Shown in pieces: positions 61,101 through 64,000 of a stretch of DNA of 64,000 nucleotides. Both the position numbers and the translations under genes were made by a program. Position 1 is the stretch's first letter; each line of letters begins with the position of its first letter. The notes under the pieces were generated by a model. The model saw nothing but the letters and a program-made list of their open reading frames with translations, was not told the DNA's origin and ran no database searches. The DNA is from Guillardia theta CCMP2712 (taxonomy: Eukaryota; Protista; Cryptophyta), in NCBI RefSeq assembly GCF_000315625.1, contig NW_005434551.1, positions 128,228 to 192,227 on the forward strand. The letters run 5' to 3'.

Positions 61101-63925
61101 GCCGGAACGCGTCCTTGTGGGTGTAGCCAAGGGCCTTGCTGCTGCATGAGGTCAGGCCGATCAGGTGTTGCGGTCCGATCCGTCTTGTTGCTAAGGATGA
61201 CGGAGATGGCGTGTACGAGCACGTCGGCCATCCTCACGTTACAGGTCCCTCCCAGGTGGTGTTGACATCCAGTTCGTTATCGAGGAAGATCCACGCAGAG
61301 GATGACGTCGAGGCTCCCCGCCGTGAACCCCGTAACGTCCACCGTGTCGTGCAGCAGGATGCACTGCACCCACCACTTCATCGGGATCTCGATCTGCGAG
61401 GCGTCGCTGAAGGCGTACAGGGTCGTGTGCGGGTAGAAGAAGCTAGCCACCCCGGGCTGGAGGTCGTAGGCGTACCAGCCCTGGGGCTCGTTGGCGCTCT
61501 CGATCGATGCGTAGCCCAGCATGAGGTTGTAGAGGTTGTCGTTCACCAGTGTGGCGATGGTGTCTACGCTCCTCCTCGCGTAATCGAACCTGTAGTAGTT
61601 GCACAGGCTCTGCAGGTTGACGGTGTAGCAGAACATGTGGGCCAGGGGTGCGACCATGAGGTCCATCCAGCAGGGTATCCCGTCGTTGAGCTCGCGGTCG
61701 GTGGGGTTGAGTTGCCGTTGTTCGAGATCCGGTTGATCTTCCGGCTCTCCACCGAATGACTCTATGACTCTATGACATGACTCCATGACTCCATGACTCA
61801 ATGACTCTATGACTCTATGAGACTCTATGACATGACTCTATGACTCCATGACTCAATGACTCAATGACTCTATGACATGACTCCATGACTCCATGACTCA
61901 ATGACTCTATGACTCTATGACTCTATGACTCTATGACTCTATGACTCTATGACTCTATGACTCTATGACTCAATGACTCTATGACTCTATGACTCTATGA
62001 GACTCTATGACTCAATGACTCTATGACTCTATGACTCTATGACTCAATGACTCAATGACTCTATGACTCTATGAGACTCTATGACTCTATGACTCTATGA
62101 CTCTATGACTCTATGACTCAATGACTCTATGAGACTCTATGACTCTATGACTCTATGACTCAATGACTCAATGACTCAATGACTCTATGACTCTATGACT
62201 CAATGACTCAATGACTCAATGACTCAATGACTCAATGACTCAATGACTCTATGACTCTATGACTCTATGACTCTATGACTCAATGACTCTATGACTCAAT
62301 GACTCAATGACTCCATGACTGAGCCTCTTACGCCGGGTGACTCGGTAGGCCTGAGGCAAAGGCTCAATGACTCAATGAATTATGGTGACTCAGTTGGCCT
62401 GAGGCCTGAGGCCACGGCTAGACCGTGTGACTGAATGAGCGCCGGACAGACTCAGTACTGACTCAATGACGCAATGACTCTATGACTCAATGACTCGTAC
62501 GGTGACTCGGTAGGCCTGGTTTCAGCAAGACCATCTCCGTCAGCATGAAGTCCACGGTGCTGAAGAGGGAGCAGCTGCCGGCGTCCTGCAGTGCAAAGGT
62601 GCAGTCCTGCGAGGAGGAGCAGCTGCAGATCTCACTCATCGCCTCGGAGAACATTGCGACCGCCCTGCGATCCTCCCCAGTAATGCATCTCCCGGACGGG
62701 GCAGGCCCACCAGTCTGCGAGCCAGTCCATGGTCTTCCTGGCGCAGGGGTCCACACCGGAGAGGGAGGGGGCGGTGCTTGCAGCCCTCGGCATGCACTTG
62801 GGGAGGAGGTTGTAGGTGGAAGAGGCCCTGTCTCTGGGTGCAGGTGTCGTTGCTCCTTATCCCCGGCTTGCAGAGGTTGTTGGAAGTTCCTGCTGACGGC
62901 ATTGAGCGTGATCCACAGAGGGAGGATAGTGCCAAAGGTGGTAATCTGCTTCGCCAGCAGTGGTGCACCAGCCGGAACGCGTCCTTGTGGGTGTAGCCAA
63001 GGGCCTTGCTGCTGCATGAGGTCAGGCCGATCAGGTGTTGCGGTCCGATCCGTCTTGTTGCTAAGGATGACGGAGATGGCGTGTACGAGCACGTCGGCCA
63101 TCCTCACGTTACAGGTCCCTCCCAGGTGGTGTTGACATCCAGTTCGTTATCGAGGAAGATCCACGCAGAGGATGACGTCGAGGCTCCCCGCCGTGAACCC
63201 CGTAACGTCCACCGTGTCGTGCAGCAGGATGCACTGCACCCACCACTTCATCGGGCTCTCGATCGATGCGTAGCCCAGCATGAGGTTGTAGAGGTTGTCG
63301 TTCACCAGTGTGGCGATGGTGTCTACGCTCCTCCTCGCGTAATCGAACCTGTAGTAGTTGCACACGCTCTGCGAACATGTGGGCCAGGGGTGCGACCATG
63401 AGGTCCATCCAGCAGGGTATCCCGTCGTTGAGCTCGCGGTCGGTGGGGTTGAGTTGCCGTTGTTCGAGATCCGGTTGATCTTCCGGCTCTCCACCGAATG
63501 ACTCTATGACTCTATGACATGACTCCATGACTCCATGACTCAATGACTCTATGACTTCATGACTCTATGACTCTATGACTCTATGACTCTATGAGACTCT
63601 ATGACTCAATGACTCAATGACTCAATGACTCAATGACTCAATGACTCAATGACTCTATGACTCTATGACTTCATGACTCAATGACTCTATGACTCAATGA
63701 CTCTATGACTCTATGACTCTATGACTCTATGACTCTATGACTCTATGACTCTATGACTCTATGACTCTATGACTCTATGACTCTATGACTCAATGACTCT
63801 ATGACTCTATGACTCTATGACTCTATGACTCAATGACTCAATGACTCAATGACTCAATGACTCAATGACTCTATGACTCAATGACTCTATGAGACTCTAT
63901 GACTCTATGACTCTATGACGCAATG
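58149..63925. repeat. Higher-order tandem array: ATGACTC(T/A/C) octamer satellite + ~150-180 bp conserved linker + ~1.0-1.15 kb GC-rich insert; period 1768/1888 bp
   Basis: Linker GACTGAGCCTCTTACGCCGG... starts at 58191, 58661, 60429 and 62317. Inserts at 58841-59990, 60609-61754 and 62497-63496. Satellite blocks at ~58340-58660, 59991-60428, 61755-62316 and 63497-63925. Confidence 0.95.
60609..61754 (-). pseudogene. Frame-broken fragments of an unidentified Cys/Trp/Tyr-rich high-GC3 gene (repeated 3x in the array)
   Basis: Minus-strand reading with strong C/G-ending codons (e.g. LNDGIPCWMDLMVAPLAHMFCYTVNLQSLCNYYRFDY...PMKWWVQCILLHD); the preferred frame changes several times and there is no start outside the satellite. 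Confidence 0.6.
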
Positions 63926-64000
63926 ACAGAGATAGGACTCAATCCAGAGATAGGACTCAATAAGAGAAGGGGGGGGGGGGGGGGAAAAAGGGAGGAAAGG

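Noticed and set aside
58149-63925. CRISPR array interpretation of the repeat/spacer pattern
   Set aside because: Repeats are 8-bp tandem satellite, 'spacers' are ~1 kb and nearly identical to each other, there are no cas genes, and the context is eukaryotic.
63960-64000. Telomere at the window end
   Set aside because: Only a poly-G run and a purine tract; no tandem telomeric unit is visible.

Overview
Gene-dense eukaryotic nuclear DNA with many short (~45-70 nt) GT-AG introns and N-gaps. Gene content and style suggest a cryptophyte alga such as Guillardia theta (inference, not verified). Recognisable genes: an eEF3 with an intronless CDS, a bacterial-type ACC deaminase/D-cysteine desulfhydrase, RNA Pol I/III subunit RPAC1, a helicase-associated (HA) repeat protein, a SET-domain protein, a ~4,600-codon secreted IPT/LamG/CUB/EGF protein with two apparent frameshifts, an LRR protein, GPR107/108, mitochondrial uL22, an ARM-repeat protein, a CBM20 + EK-repeat protein carrying a ubiquitin-like LRLRGG motif, a CASTOR/POLLUX(DMI1)-like channel, Maf and a PKA catalytic subunit. 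Two non-genic structures stand out. (1) Recurrent GC-rich intergenic islands are built from short palindromic words; five copies of a MITE-like repeat inside them differ by many micro-insertions of such words, which suggests a local insertional mutation process. (2) A terminal higher-order tandem array (58.1-63.9 kb) alternates ATGACTC(T/A/C) octamer satellite with a ~1-1.15 kb high-GC3 segment that looks like a deletion-compressed mosaic of a large Cys/Trp-rich gene of unknown, possibly viral, origin. Exon boundaries were read by eye and some gene ends are approximate.
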